Below, one piece after another: positions 38,307 to 47,692 of a stretch of DNA of 53,086 bases (within the stretch, counting starts at the first letter, position 1; the number at the start of each line of letters is the position of its first letter). Made by a program: the position numbers and the translations under genes. The notes under the pieces are model-generated. The model saw only the letters and a list, made by a program, of their open reading frames with translations. It was not told the origin of the DNA and ran no database searches. Origin of the DNA: Pseudomonadota bacterium (GTDB lineage: Bacteria; Pseudomonadota; Alphaproteobacteria; Sphingomonadales; Sphingomonadaceae); assembly GCA_040385975.1 (NCBI GenBank), contig JAZKGJ010000073.1:1-53086 (forward strand), given 5' to 3'.

Positions 38307-38419
38307 AGGGTTTCGCCGCGCAGACGTAAGCGAAGCCCAAGTCGCCGGTTGCAGCTACGCTTCGCCGGCCGCGCGTGGTTCCGAAACGCAGATTAGCGTC
38401 GCTAATCCGCTGAACCAAG

Positions 38420-39211
38420 CTACGCGAACGCCCGTGCGATCTCCGCGGGCAGCGCGGGCATCGCGCCTTCGACCGCGTCGTCGCTCATCCGCCGCCAGCC
38501 GCGTGCGCCCAGCACTTCGATCGGCTGGAACTTGGTCTTGTACGCCATCCGCGCCGAGCCCTTCACCCAATAGCCGAGATAGACGTGGTTCAGTCCGACC
38601 GAGCGCGCGCGCAGGATGTGGTCGATGATGATGAAATTGCCGAGTCCGGGGCGCGCGGGATCGTCGGCGGCGAAGAAGCTGTAGATCATCGACAGCCCAT
38701 CGGCCTGCTGATCGGTCAGGCACGCGCCGACCAGCCGCCCCGGGCGCCCGTCGGTCGACGGTTCGCGGTATTCGACGACGAACGAATTGACCGGCGAATG
38801 CTCGACCATGTCCGAATAGTCGCCTTCGTCCATCGCGGTCATGCCGCCGCCGGGATGCCGGCTGCCGAGGTAGCCGCGCAGCAGCTGAAACTGTTCGTCG
38901 GTCGCCCAGGTCCGGCACGCGGTCACTTCCAGGTCGGCGTGGCGACGGATCAGCTTGCGCTGGGTGCCGTTGGGGCGGAATTCGTGGGTGACGGTGCGGA
39001 CCGAGACGCATGCATTGCAGCTGCCGCAACTGGGGCGGTACGCGACCGATTGACTCCGGCGAAACCCGATTCGGCCTAGCGCGTCGTTCAGCTCGGTTGC
39101 GTGTGGTCCGCGCAATTCGGTAAAGACCTTGCGCTCAAGTTTGCCGGGCAGGTAGGGGCATGGCGACGGCGCGGTCACGAAAAAGCGGGGCAGGCGAAAC
39201 GGAGCTGTCAC
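38420..39211 (-). CDS. bpt: Aminoacyl-tRNA-protein transferase (ATE1-like / Bpt)
   Basis: PCPYLPG, GFRRSQ, YRPSCxxCxAC, [18 protein letters not shown]. Confidence 0.88.
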   Translation of the reverse strand: MTAPFRLPRFFVTAPSPCPYLPGKLERKVFTELRGPHATELNDALGRIGFRRSQSVAYRPSCGSCNACVSVRTVTHEFRPNGTQRKLIRRHADLEVTACRTWATDEQFQLLRGYLGSRHPGGGMTAMDEGDYSDMVEHSPVNSFVVEYREPSTDGRPGRLVGACLTDQQADGLSMIYSFFAADDPARPGLGNFIIIDHILRARSVGLNHVYLGYWVKGSARMAYKTKFQPIEVLGARGWRRMSDDAVEGAMPALPAEIARAFA

Positions 39212-39334
39212 CGCGGCATCGATCCCTCTGTCGGCCGGTGAGCGGCGCGATGGGCGATGTCTAGGACGCCGAAAACGTGCTGAAAAGCCGCTTTACCATG
39301 AAAAGAGGGTTAACGAAGCGGCGGGCAATACGTC

Positions 39335-39419
39335 TGTCGTTGCGAACGGAGCGAAGCAATCCAGCGCGGCTGCGCGCGCCGCACTCGATTGCCGCGTCGC
39401 TGCGCTCGTCGCAATGACG
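39335..39419. repeat. 85-bp palindromic intergenic element, family A, copy 2
   Basis: Inverted relative to 6817-6901, 72/85 identity. Confidence 0.88.
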
Positions 39420-39441
39420 ACGTTCGGTATCGAACCGTGCC

Positions 39442-40683
39442 TTATGCCAGCTCGACCGGCTGGACCTCATAGCCTTCGGCGCGCAGCGCTTCGACCAGGC
39501 GGTCGAGATGCGCGCGGTCGCGGGCTTCGCATTCGATATCGGTGACGAGCCCCTTGGCGGGGAGCGTCGTGAAAACGCGTTGGTGATAGACTTCGATAAT
39601 GTTGACGCGCTGTTGATCGAAAATGCGCGCGACGTTGAACAGCGCTCCGGGCACATCCTGCAACTGGATGCGCAGCCGCGCGAGCCGGCCCGAGCGCGCG
39701 AGGTCGCGCAACAGGACATTCGCGAGCAGGTGCGTGTCGATGTTGCCGCCGCACAGTACCACGCCGACCGTCCGCCCGGCGAACCGCGCGGGATGTTCTA
39801 GCAACGCCGCGAGCCCCGCTGCCCCGGCACCCTCGACCACGGTCTTCTCGATCTGAAGCAACAGGCTGACCGCTTCCTCGAGCCGGCGTTCGCTGACCAG
39901 GACGATGTCGTCGACCAGTTCGGCGACCATCCCGCTGGTGATCGCGCCGGGCTCCTTGACCGCGATCCCCTCCGCCAGCGTATCGCCACCGCATGGCAGC
40001 GCCGCGCCCTTGATGCGGTTGTACATCGACGGGAACAGCTCGGCTTCGACCCCGATCACGGCGATGTCGCGCTCGGCCGCGCGCGCGACCACCCCCATCC
40101 CGCTGATCAGCCCGCCGCCGCCGATCGGCGTGACGAAGGTGTCGATCGCGGGCACGTCCTCCAGCATCTCGATCGCGGTGGTACCTTGGCCGGCGACGAC
40201 GCGGATGTCGTCGAACGGGTGGATGAAGGTGTAGCCGCGCTCTGCCTCCAGTTCGCGGGCGTGGGCGTAGGCGGCGTCGAAGGTATCGCCCTGCAACACG
40301 ACGTTCGCGCCGTGTCCCTCGGTCTGGACGACCTTTACGGTCGGAGTGTTGAGCGGCATCACGATCGTCGCGGGAATGCCGAGCCGGTGCGCGTGATAGG
40401 CCAGGCCCTGTGCGTGGTTGCCGGCCGACGCCGCGATCACGCCGTTCGCGCGCGCCGCCGCGTCGAGTTGAAGCAAGGTGTTGAGCGCACCGCGTTCCTT
40501 GTAGGCGGCGGTGAACTGAAGATTTTCGAACTTCAGATAGACTTCGGCCCCGGTGATCGCGCTCAATGTGCGGCTGTAAAGCGTCGGCGTCCGGACGATC
40601 GCGTCGCGGATCCGGTCGTGCGCGGCGCGGACGTCGGCAAGCGTGACGGGTAGCGCCGGGCTGGCGGCGGGGAGGGTGGCCAT
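39442..40683 (-). CDS. ilvA: Threonine ammonia-lyase with C-terminal ACT domain
   Basis: KFENLQFTAAYKERGA, SAGNHAQG, GGGGL, GGNID. Confidence 0.9.
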   Translation of the reverse strand: MATLPAASPALPVTLADVRAAHDRIRDAIVRTPTLYSRTLSAITGAEVYLKFENLQFTAAYKERGALNTLLQLDAAARANGVIAASAGNHAQGLAYHAHRLGIPATIVMPLNTPTVKVVQTEGHGANVVLQGDTFDAAYAHARELEAERGYTFIHPFDDIRVVAGQGTTAIEMLEDVPAIDTFVTPIGGGGLISGMGVVARAAERDIAVIGVEAELFPSMYNRIKGAALPCGGDTLAEGIAVKEPGAITSGMVAELVDDIVLVSERRLEEAVSLLLQIEKTVVEGAGAAGLAALLEHPARFAGRTVGVVLCGGNIDTHLLANVLLRDLARSGRLARLRIQLQDVPGALFNVARIFDQQRVNIIEVYHQRVFTTLPAKGLVTDIECEARDRAHLDRLVEALRAEGYEVQPVELA

Positions 40684-40737
40684 GCCGCGAACTAGACCAT
40701 CTGGCGCCGGGGGGGAACACCGCCTAACGACGGCGCC

Positions 40738-42390
40738 ATGACGCTCCGCTTCGCCCTGTTCGCCGCCACTGTCGCGCTGTTGCCGGGCCCGGCGCACGCC
40801 GACGCGTTGATCGACAATATCGACGGCATGACGCTCGATGCCGACGGCAAGGTCGTCCGGTTCCGGGCGATGACGATCGCGAACGGCAAGGTCACCAGCC
40901 TGATCGCGAAACGCGGCGACAAACCGACGGTGAAGGTCGATTACCGGATCGATTTCAAGGGGCAGACGGTGCTGCCCGGGTTCGTCGACGCGCACGGCCA
41001 CGTCATGGACCTTGGCTTTCGTGCGATGAGCCTCGATCTGTCGGACAGCCGGTCGCTGGCCGACGCGCAGGAACGGATCCGCGCCTATGCCGCCGCCAAC
41101 CCCAATCTGCGCTGGATTCGCGGCGGCGGATGGAATCAGGAGGTCTGGGGGCTGGGCCGCTTTCCGACCGCGGCCGAGCTCGACGTCGCGGTCGCCGACC
41201 GCCCGGTCTGGCTCGACCGCGCCGACGGGCACGCGGCGTGGGGCAACAGCGCCGCGCTGAAAGCCGCGGGCATTACCGCGAAATCGGTGTCGCCGGCGGG
41301 CGGGCGGATCGAACGGAGCGGCGCGAACCCATCGGGCGTGTTCGTCGATGCCGCGCAGGCGCTGGTTGCGAAGGTCATCCCCGAACCGATCGCGCTGGAA
41401 CGCGACGTGGCGCTGCGCAAGGCGCAGGAGCTGTTGCTGGCGAGCGGCGTGACCGCGGTCGCCGATATGGGGACCAGCGGCGACGACTGGCTGGCGTACC
41501 GCCGGCTGGGCGACGTCGGCGGCTTGCGAATCCGGATCATGAGCTATGCCGGGGGACTCGAGGTGGCGTCGCGGATCGCAGGGCCGGGGCCGACCCCGTG
41601 GCTGTACGGCGACCGGCTTCGCATGGGGGGCGTCAAGCTCTATGCCGACGGCGCGCTCGGCTCGCGCGGGGCGTGGCTGAAGGCCGATTACGCCGACGCG
41701 GCCGGCCAGCGCGGGGCGGGCTTCCTGAGCAACGCGCAGCTCAAGAACATCATGAGCCACGCCGCGATGAACAATTTCCAGCTGGCGGTCCACGCGATCG
41801 GCGACGCCGCCAATGCCGAAGTGCTGGGTGCGATCGACGAGTTATCGGGCACCTACACCGGCGACCGGCGCTGGCGGATCGAACACGCGCAGATCGTCGA
41901 TCCCGCCGACCTGCCGCGCTTCGCGCAGCACGGCACGATCGCGTCGATGCAGCCGGTCCATCAGACCAGCGACCGAACGATGGCGGAGGCGCGGCTGGGA
42001 CCGACGCGGCTGGCGGGCGCCTATGCGTGGGCGGCGATGTTGCGGGGCGGTGGCCGGCTGGCGTTCGGGACCGATTTCCCGGTCGAACGGCCCGACCCAT
42101 GGGCGGGTTGGGCGGCGGGTTTCACGCGGCAGGACGCAGCGGGCGAGCCCTATGGCGGCTGGCAGCCGCAAGAACGGCTGACCCGCGAACAGGCGTGGAA
42201 GGCCTATACGGTCGATGCCGCCTATGCGGGCTTCGCGGACGACCGGTTCGGCCGGCTCGCGCCCGGGCTGGCGGCGGATTTCATCGTGATCGACGGCAGC
42301 GACCCGCTGCTGATGAGTCCGAGCGACCTGCGCAAGGTCAAGGTGCTGCAGACCTGGGTCGGCGGCGAAAAGATGTTCGAGCGGAAATAG
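40738..42390 (+). CDS. Exported amidohydrolase (YtcJ-like)
   Basis: Signal peptide; PGFVDAHGH, KLYADG, HAIGD, IEHAQ, GTDFP. Confidence 0.9.
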   Translation: MTLRFALFAATVALLPGPAHADALIDNIDGMTLDADGKVVRFRAMTIANGKVTSLIAKRGDKPTVKVDYRIDFKGQTVLPGFVDAHGHVMDLGFRAMSLDLSDSRSLADAQERIRAYAAANPNLRWIRGGGWNQEVWGLGRFPTAAELDVAVADRPVWLDRADGHAAWGNSAALKAAGITAKSVSPAGGRIERSGANPSGVFVDAAQALVAKVIPEPIALERDVALRKAQELLLASGVTAVADMGTSGDDWLAYRRLGDVGGLRIRIMSYAGGLEVASRIAGPGPTPWLYGDRLRMGGVKLYADGALGSRGAWLKADYADAAGQRGAGFLSNAQLKNIMSHAAMNNFQLAVHAIGDAANAEVLGAIDELSGTYTGDRRWRIEHAQIVDPADLPRFAQHGTIASMQPVHQTSDRTMAEARLGPTRLAGAYAWAAMLRGGGRLAFGTDFPVERPDPWAGWAAGFTRQDAAGEPYGGWQPQERLTREQAWKAYTVDAAYAGFADDRFGRLAPGLAADFIVIDGSDPLLMSPSDLRKVKVLQTWVGGEKMFERK

Positions 42391-42412
42391 CCGCCGATTT
42401 GAGGAGAGACGG

Positions 42413-42802
42413 ATGTTCAGTCACATGATGGTCGGCAGCAACGACATCGCCCGGTCCAAGACATTCTACGACGCGCTGTTCGGCGCGACCGGCGGCAAGC
42501 CGGCGATCGCCGACGACAAGGGGCGGCTGATCTATATGCACAACGGCGGACTGTTCCTGGTCACGCCGCCGATCGACGGTCAGCCCGCGACGCACGCGAA
42601 CGGCGGGACGATCGGCTTCGCGATGAAGGAGCCGGCGGAAGCCGATGCATGGCACGCGGCGGGGGTCGCGAACGGCGGCACCGCGATCGAGGACGCCCCG
42701 GGCATCCGCAACGCCGCGTTCGGCGACCTGTATCTGGCGTATCTGCGCGACCCCGACGGCAACAAATTGTGCGCGATGCACCGGATGCCCAAGGCAGAGT
42801 AA
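42413..42802 (+). CDS. VOC/glyoxalase-family protein
   Basis: MFSHMMVGSND, FYDAL, YLRDPDGNK; GAGGAG SD. Confidence 0.92.
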   Translation: MFSHMMVGSNDIARSKTFYDALFGATGGKPAIADDKGRLIYMHNGGLFLVTPPIDGQPATHANGGTIGFAMKEPAEADAWHAAGVANGGTAIEDAPGIRNAAFGDLYLAYLRDPDGNKLCAMHRMPKAE

Positions 42803-42850
42803 GTCGGTGTTCAGGTTGCGAATGGCCAAATCGCCGCGGGGAGATGCGCG

Positions 42851-43498
42851 ATGGCGATCGATCGACGGGCTTTACTGATCGGATTTGGCGGGGCGGGCGG
42901 TGCTATCGTCGCCGCGCAGCATTGGCTGGACAGCCCAGCGCAAGCGGCGGTGCCGCGGGCGAACCTATACGATTGCGAAGGCTGCGAAGCCGCGCTGGAA
43001 CGGCCGCTCGCGTCGCTGACCTCCAGGGTGCAACTGGCAGGGCCGGACGAGCCCGGCCAGCGGATGATCCTCACCGGCCGGGTGATGACGGCGGACGGTG
43101 CGCGTCCCGCTCCTAACGTGGTCGTCTACGCTCATCACACCAACGCTGCGGGGCTATATGCGGGGGGCCAGCGTGGCACCGAATGGAGTATGCGCCACGG
43201 GAAGCTGCGCGGTTGGGCGAAGACCGGAGCGGATGGCGTCTACGTCTTCATGACGATCAAGCCGGCACCATACCCGAGCCAGACGATGCCTGCTCATGTT
43301 CACCTCTACATCGCAGAGCTTGGCCGGCGACCCTATTACATCGATGACGTCGTGTTCGCGGGCGAGTTCGGAGTGACGCCCGCTTATCGCGCCCGACAGG
43401 AACTGCGCGCCGGTAGCGGCATCGTCACACTTGGCCGTGCTCGAAACACGATGCTGCTCGCACGCCGTGACTTTCGGCTGGAGCGACATCCGACCTGA
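42851..43498 (+). CDS. Tat-exported intradiol dioxygenase-like protein
   Basis: DRRALL twin-Arg signal; LTGRV, GLY, LRGW, PAPYP...PAHVH. Confidence 0.8.
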   Translation: MAIDRRALLIGFGGAGGAIVAAQHWLDSPAQAAVPRANLYDCEGCEAALERPLASLTSRVQLAGPDEPGQRMILTGRVMTADGARPAPNVVVYAHHTNAAGLYAGGQRGTEWSMRHGKLRGWAKTGADGVYVFMTIKPAPYPSQTMPAHVHLYIAELGRRPYYIDDVVFAGEFGVTPAYRARQELRAGSGIVTLGRARNTMLLARRDFRLERHPT

Positions 43499-43501
43499 CA
43501 C

Positions 43502-43532
43502 AAAAAGGCCGCGGTGCCCCCGCACCGCGGCC
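43502..43532 (-). terminator. Intrinsic terminator of ctrA
   Basis: 12-bp stem AGGCCGCGGTGC/GCACCGCGGCCT followed by a T-run on the minus strand. Confidence 0.85.
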
Positions 43533-43559
43533 TGATTGCCCCGTTGCCGGGAGAACGCG

Positions 43560-44261
43560 TCAGGCGGCCTGGACCGCCTTCACGTCCTCGGGCTCGCGCA
43601 GCACGTAGCCGCGGCCCCAGACGGTTTCGATGTAGTTCTCGCCTTCGCACGCCATGCTCAATTTCTTGCGCAGCTTGCAGATGAAGACGTCGATGATCTT
43701 GAGTTCGGGTTCGTCCATCCCGCCGTAGAGGTGGTTGAGGAACATTTCCTTGGTCAGCGTGGTGCCCTTGCGGAGCGAGAGCAGCTCCAGCATCGCATAT
43801 TCCTTGCCGGTCAGATGGACGCGGGCGCCATCGACCTCGACCGTCTTGGCGTCGAGATTGACCGCGAGCTTGCCGGTCTTGATGACCGACTGGCTGTGGC
43901 CCTTCGAGCGGCGGACGACGGCGTGGATGCGGGCGACGAGTTCGTCGCGGTGAAACGGCTTGGTCACGTAATCGTCGGCGCCGAAACCGAAGCTGCGCAC
44001 CTTCGAATCCATTTCGGAAATGCCCGAGAGGATCAGCACCGGCGTCTGCACCTTGGCGACGCGCAGCTTCTTCAGCACGTCGTACCCGTGCATGTCGGGC
44101 AGGTTGAGATCGAGCAGAATGATGTCGTAATCGTAGAGCTTGCCGAGGTCCAAGCCCTCTTCGCCCAGATCGGTGGTGTAGACGTTGAACCCTTCGGTGG
44201 TGAGCATCAGTTCGATCGCGGTCGCGGTCGTCGGCTCGTCTTCGATCAGCAGCACGCGCAT
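43560..44261 (-). CDS. ctrA: Cell-cycle master regulator CtrA
   Basis: [57 protein letters not shown]-terminal AA. Confidence 0.97.
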   Translation of the reverse strand: MRVLLIEDEPTTATAIELMLTTEGFNVYTTDLGEEGLDLGKLYDYDIILLDLNLPDMHGYDVLKKLRVAKVQTPVLILSGISEMDSKVRSFGFGADDYVTKPFHRDELVARIHAVVRRSKGHSQSVIKTGKLAVNLDAKTVEVDGARVHLTGKEYAMLELLSLRKGTTLTKEMFLNHLYGGMDEPELKIIDVFICKLRKKLSMACEGENYIETVWGRGYVLREPEDVKAVQAA

Positions 44262-44349
44262 CAGCGTCATCCCCTGTCCTGTCGCGGACCCCCCTGTTGG
44301 GACCGCGGCGACATGAATCATTAACCTCACAAGCTCTGAACGCAAAAGG

Positions 44350-44365
44350 TTAATTGTTCGCTAAC
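44350..44365. promoter_or_regulatory. CtrA box-like site in the ctrA promoter
   Basis: TTAA-ttgttcg-CTAAC, one mismatch to TTAA-N7-TTAAC; extra TTAACC half-site at 44321. Confidence 0.65.
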
Positions 44366-44542
44366 CGGCCTGACTCCACGAGTCGCGGCGAGTCCGGCGC
44401 TCGTCGAAGGGGGCTTTGACCGCCGAAAAGCGAGTCATCGGAATCGCTTAGCCAGGTCATACGGGTCTGCCTTGACGCCGAAAATTATTTTCCCATTTTT
44501 CGCCTGTTCCGGCGGCAACACCCCGCCGATGTGGATAATTCC

Positions 44543-45250
44543 ATGATCGATACCAAGCTGGACGTCCGTTCGTTCGCAACCCTGGGCCATGCCGACCACG
44601 GCTGGCTCGACGCGCGTCATCACTTTTCGTTCGCCGGTTACCGCGATCCGGCCCGGATGGGCTGGGGCACGATCCGGGTGTGGAACGACGATACGATCGC
44701 GCCGCAGTCGGGCTTCCCACCGCACCCGCACCGCGACATGGAGATCGTGACCTACGTCCGCTCGGGCGCGATCACGCATCAGGATTCGCTCGGCAACAAA
44801 GGGCGCACCGGCACCGGCGACGTGCAGGTGATGAGCGCGGGCAGCGGCGTGAGCCATGCCGAATACAATCTGGAGGACGAGCCGACCACGCTGTTCCAGA
44901 TCTGGATCGAGGCGCGCAGTCCGGGCGGCACGCCGGGCTGGGGTGCGCGGGAGTTTCCGCGCGGTGAGCGCGCCGGGCAATTGGTGACACTGGCCAGCGG
45001 GTTTGCGGAGGACGCGGACGCGCTGCCGATCAACGCCGATGCGCGGGTGATGGCGGCGACGCTGCGCGCGGGCGAGCGCGTGCTGCACGAGGTCGGCTCG
45101 GGGCGGCACGCGTATCTGGTGTCGGCGAAGGGCGCGTTGACGATCGACGGCGAACGGGTCGAGCCGCGCGACGGCGTGGCGTTGCGCGGCGGAAGCTACG
45201 CAATCGTCGCGCTCGACGACGCCGAACTGGTGCTGGTCGACGCAGCCTAG
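44543..45250 (+). CDS. Pirin-family protein (YhhW-like)
   Basis: HFSFAGY, GFPPHPHRDMEI, HQDSLGN, MSAGSGVSHAE, FQIWI. Confidence 0.93.
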   Translation: MIDTKLDVRSFATLGHADHGWLDARHHFSFAGYRDPARMGWGTIRVWNDDTIAPQSGFPPHPHRDMEIVTYVRSGAITHQDSLGNKGRTGTGDVQVMSAGSGVSHAEYNLEDEPTTLFQIWIEARSPGGTPGWGAREFPRGERAGQLVTLASGFAEDADALPINADARVMAATLRAGERVLHEVGSGRHAYLVSAKGALTIDGERVEPRDGVALRGGSYAIVALDDAELVLVDAA

Positions 45251-45966
45251 TCGCGCGGCCCGGTAAAGGTCCGCGGATCGACCGGCTTTAGCCGGACCGC
45301 GGGTGGCGCGGCGTCGCGCACCGCGGGGCGGGCGGGGAAGCCGGACCGGGCACGGGCGAATGCCGCGCGGGCCGCGGTGGCACCCGGCTCGGCCGGATCG
45401 GTGCCCACCCAGCGCCAGTGCCACGGCTCCCACGTCACGCCCTGTGCGTTGCCTGGCGGGAACGAGAGCTCGAAGCCGAAGCGCGGCGCGTTCGCCGCCA
45501 GCCACAGGCCGCCCGGGGTCCCCGCCATGCAGGGGTCTAAGTCGCCGCACCCGGCGGGCGAGGGCGTGCCGAAATCGACGGCATAGCCGGTGACGTGTTC
45601 GCTATATCCGCCCGGAGCTACGCTGCGCGCGCGTTCGGTAGGGTCGCGGCACGGGCCGATCGCGCCCGCGCCACAGAACAGCGTCTGTTGATGCGCGGTC
45701 GTGCGGAAGCAGGAGATCAGCCGGAGCTGAATCCCCGCCAGCCGGGCCGCGTCGGTCAGCCGGTAGAGCGCGGCGGCGGCGTCGCGGTGCAGCTCGCACG
45801 ATTTGTCGGGCGACAGGGTCTGCGCCAGTGCCGCGCGGGCCGCATTAGGCAACTCGGCGTAGGGCAGATGGCCGTAATAGCGGCCGTCGGGGCCGAAGCC
45901 GGGCTGCACGCCCTGCGCCGCGGCGGGTGCCGCCGCCAGCAGCATCGAAATCGCCAGCCGCCGCAT
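45247..45966 (-). CDS. M15 D-Ala-D-Ala carboxypeptidase (VanY-like)
   Basis: Signal peptide; SCFR, SEHVTGYAVD, EPWHWRWVG. Confidence 0.88.
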   Translation of the reverse strand: MRRLAISMLLAAAPAAAQGVQPGFGPDGRYYGHLPYAELPNAARAALAQTLSPDKSCELHRDAAAALYRLTDAARLAGIQLRLISCFRTTAHQQTLFCGAGAIGPCRDPTERARSVAPGGYSEHVTGYAVDFGTPSPAGCGDLDPCMAGTPGGLWLAANAPRFGFELSFPPGNAQGVTWEPWHWRWVGTDPAEPGATAARAAFARARSGFPARPAVRDAAPPAVRLKPVDPRTFTGPRD

Positions 45967-46043
45967 CGTGCGCGCCACTGGCATGGCGGCGTCGGCAGTG
46001 GCAAGGGCGGGGATAGCGACAGGGGCGGCGCAAAGGACAAAAA

Positions 46044-46697
46044 TTGCTGAAGGACCGCATCCTGTTCCTCGACGGCGAGGCGATCGTCATCGACAAGCCC
46101 GCCGGGCTGCCGGTCGATCCGCCGCGCGACGGGTCGCTGAGCCTCGACAATCATCTCGACAGCCTGACGCTCGGGTTCAAGCGCTGGCCGACCGCGGTGC
46201 ACCGGCTCGACCGCGACACGTCCGGCTGCCTGCTGCTGGCGCGCAATCCCAAGGCACACGCGCGGTTCCAGCAGGCGTTCGAACAGGGGCTGGTCGAAAA
46301 GGTCTATTGGGCGGTGCTCGACAGCGTGCCGACGGGGGAGGCGGGGGAGATCGACCTGTCGCTCGCCAAGGTATCCACGAGGGCCGACGGGTGGCGGATG
46401 ACCGGTGATGCGGGCGGCAAGCCGGCGCGGACGGCGTGGCGCTTGCTGCGGGTTCGAGGCGCGCAGGCGCTGGTCGAGTTCCGCCCCGCGACCGGGCGCA
46501 CGCATCAGATCCGGGTTCACGCCGCAGAGGGGCTCGGCTGTCCCGTGACGGGCGATCCGACCTACGGCGCGGGCGGTGCGCATGGTATGTTGCTGCACGC
46601 CGCGGAGCTGTCGGTGCCGCGCGGCGACAAGCCACCGGTCGAAGGAAAAGCGCCCTGGCCCGAGCGGTTTAGCGCAGCGGGCTTCGAGCATGTCTGA
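46044..46697 (+). CDS. RluA-family pseudouridine synthase
   Basis: DKPAGL, HRLDRDTSG, TGRTHQIRVH, GDPTYG. Confidence 0.93.
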   Translation: MLKDRILFLDGEAIVIDKPAGLPVDPPRDGSLSLDNHLDSLTLGFKRWPTAVHRLDRDTSGCLLLARNPKAHARFQQAFEQGLVEKVYWAVLDSVPTGEAGEIDLSLAKVSTRADGWRMTGDAGGKPARTAWRLLRVRGAQALVEFRPATGRTHQIRVHAAEGLGCPVTGDPTYGAGGAHGMLLHAAELSVPRGDKPPVEGKAPWPERFSAAGFEHV

Positions 46698-47088
46698 GAT
46701 TCCGGCGGATGCGCTCGAGGAGAAGTTTCTCGCCGCGACGGGGCCGGGCGGGCAGAACGTCAACAAGGTCGCGACCGCGTGCCAGTTGCGGGTCGACGGC
46801 TACAAACTCGGGCTGGATCCCGAAACCTGGCGACGGCTGCGCGAGGTGGCGGGCAGCCGGATGACCGCCGCGGGCACGATCGTCATCACCGCGCGCCGCT
46901 ACCGCACCCAGGAGGCGAATCGGCTCGACGCGCGCCAGCGGCTGGCCGATCTGCTGGCGGCGGCGCGCCACCGCGACCCGCGCCGGGTGAAGACCAAGCC
47001 GAGCCGCGCGGCGAAGGCGCGGCGGGTCGACGGCAAGAAGGCACGCGCCGGGATCAAAGCGGGGCGGGGCAAAGTCACCGATTTCTGA
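46690..47088 (+). CDS. arfB: Alternative ribosome rescue factor B
   Basis: GPGGQNVNKV and basic C-terminal tail. Confidence 0.93.
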   Translation: MSEIPADALEEKFLAATGPGGQNVNKVATACQLRVDGYKLGLDPETWRRLREVAGSRMTAAGTIVITARRYRTQEANRLDARQRLADLLAAARHRDPRRVKTKPSRAAKARRVDGKKARAGIKAGRGKVTDF

Positions 47089-47096
47089 GGACAACG

Positions 47097-47576
47097 ATGT
47101 ACGAATTCGAAATCTCGACCGCGTCCAAGCCCGACCTCTACCGCGACCTGCTCGCCGCAGTCGAAGCGGTGACCGCGGACGAACCCGATCCGGTCGCCAA
47201 TATGGCCAATGTCGCGGCGCTGCTGTGGGAATATCTGCCCGATCTCAACTGGGCCGGATTTTACCGGAACATCGGCGGCGAACTCGTGCTCGGGCCGTTT
47301 CAGGGCAAGGTGGCGTGCATCCGCATCCCGTTCGGGCGCGGCGTGTGCGGGACCGCGGCGGCATCGCGCGAAACGCAGCTCGTGGCCGACGTCCACGCCT
47401 TTCCGGGCCATATCGCCTGCGACGCGGCGAGCCGGTCCGAGCTGGTGGTGCCGATCGTGCGGGGCGGCGCCGTGGTCGCGGTGCTCGACCTCGACTCGCC
47501 CGAACCCGGCCGGTTCGACGCCGCCGACGCGCGCGGGTGCGAGGCGCTGGTGGCGGTTATCGCCGCGCGCATCTGA
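47097..47576 (+). CDS. msrC: GAF-domain free methionine-R-sulfoxide reductase
   Basis: NWAGFY, LGPFQGKVAC, GVCG, GHIACD, SELVVP, LDLDS. Confidence 0.88.
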   Translation: MYEFEISTASKPDLYRDLLAAVEAVTADEPDPVANMANVAALLWEYLPDLNWAGFYRNIGGELVLGPFQGKVACIRIPFGRGVCGTAAASRETQLVADVHAFPGHIACDAASRSELVVPIVRGGAVVAVLDLDSPEPGRFDAADARGCEALVAVIAARI

Positions 47577-47692
47577 CCCGAACCGGGACGGTCCCGCGTC
47601 AGGACGGCCCTCCCGCCAAAGCGCCGATATCGTTAAGAAACGTTAACGATGCGTGCGCGTTGGCGCTGCGGCTTGATTGAAAGGGTTTCGAA

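Noticed and set aside
39298-39313. CtrA-like site upstream of bpt (TTAA-N7-TTCAT on the minus strand)
   Set aside because: Two mismatches in the second half-site; too weak without conservation data
40684-41793. Apparent N-terminal fusion on ilvA (783-aa ORF)
   Set aside because: Extension is antisense to the amidohydrolase; real start is ATG 40683
47631-47648. CtrA box upstream of the RcnB-like gene (TTAA-gaaacg-TTAAC)
   Set aside because: Spacer is 6 rather than 7 nt; may bind another factor but cannot be assigned
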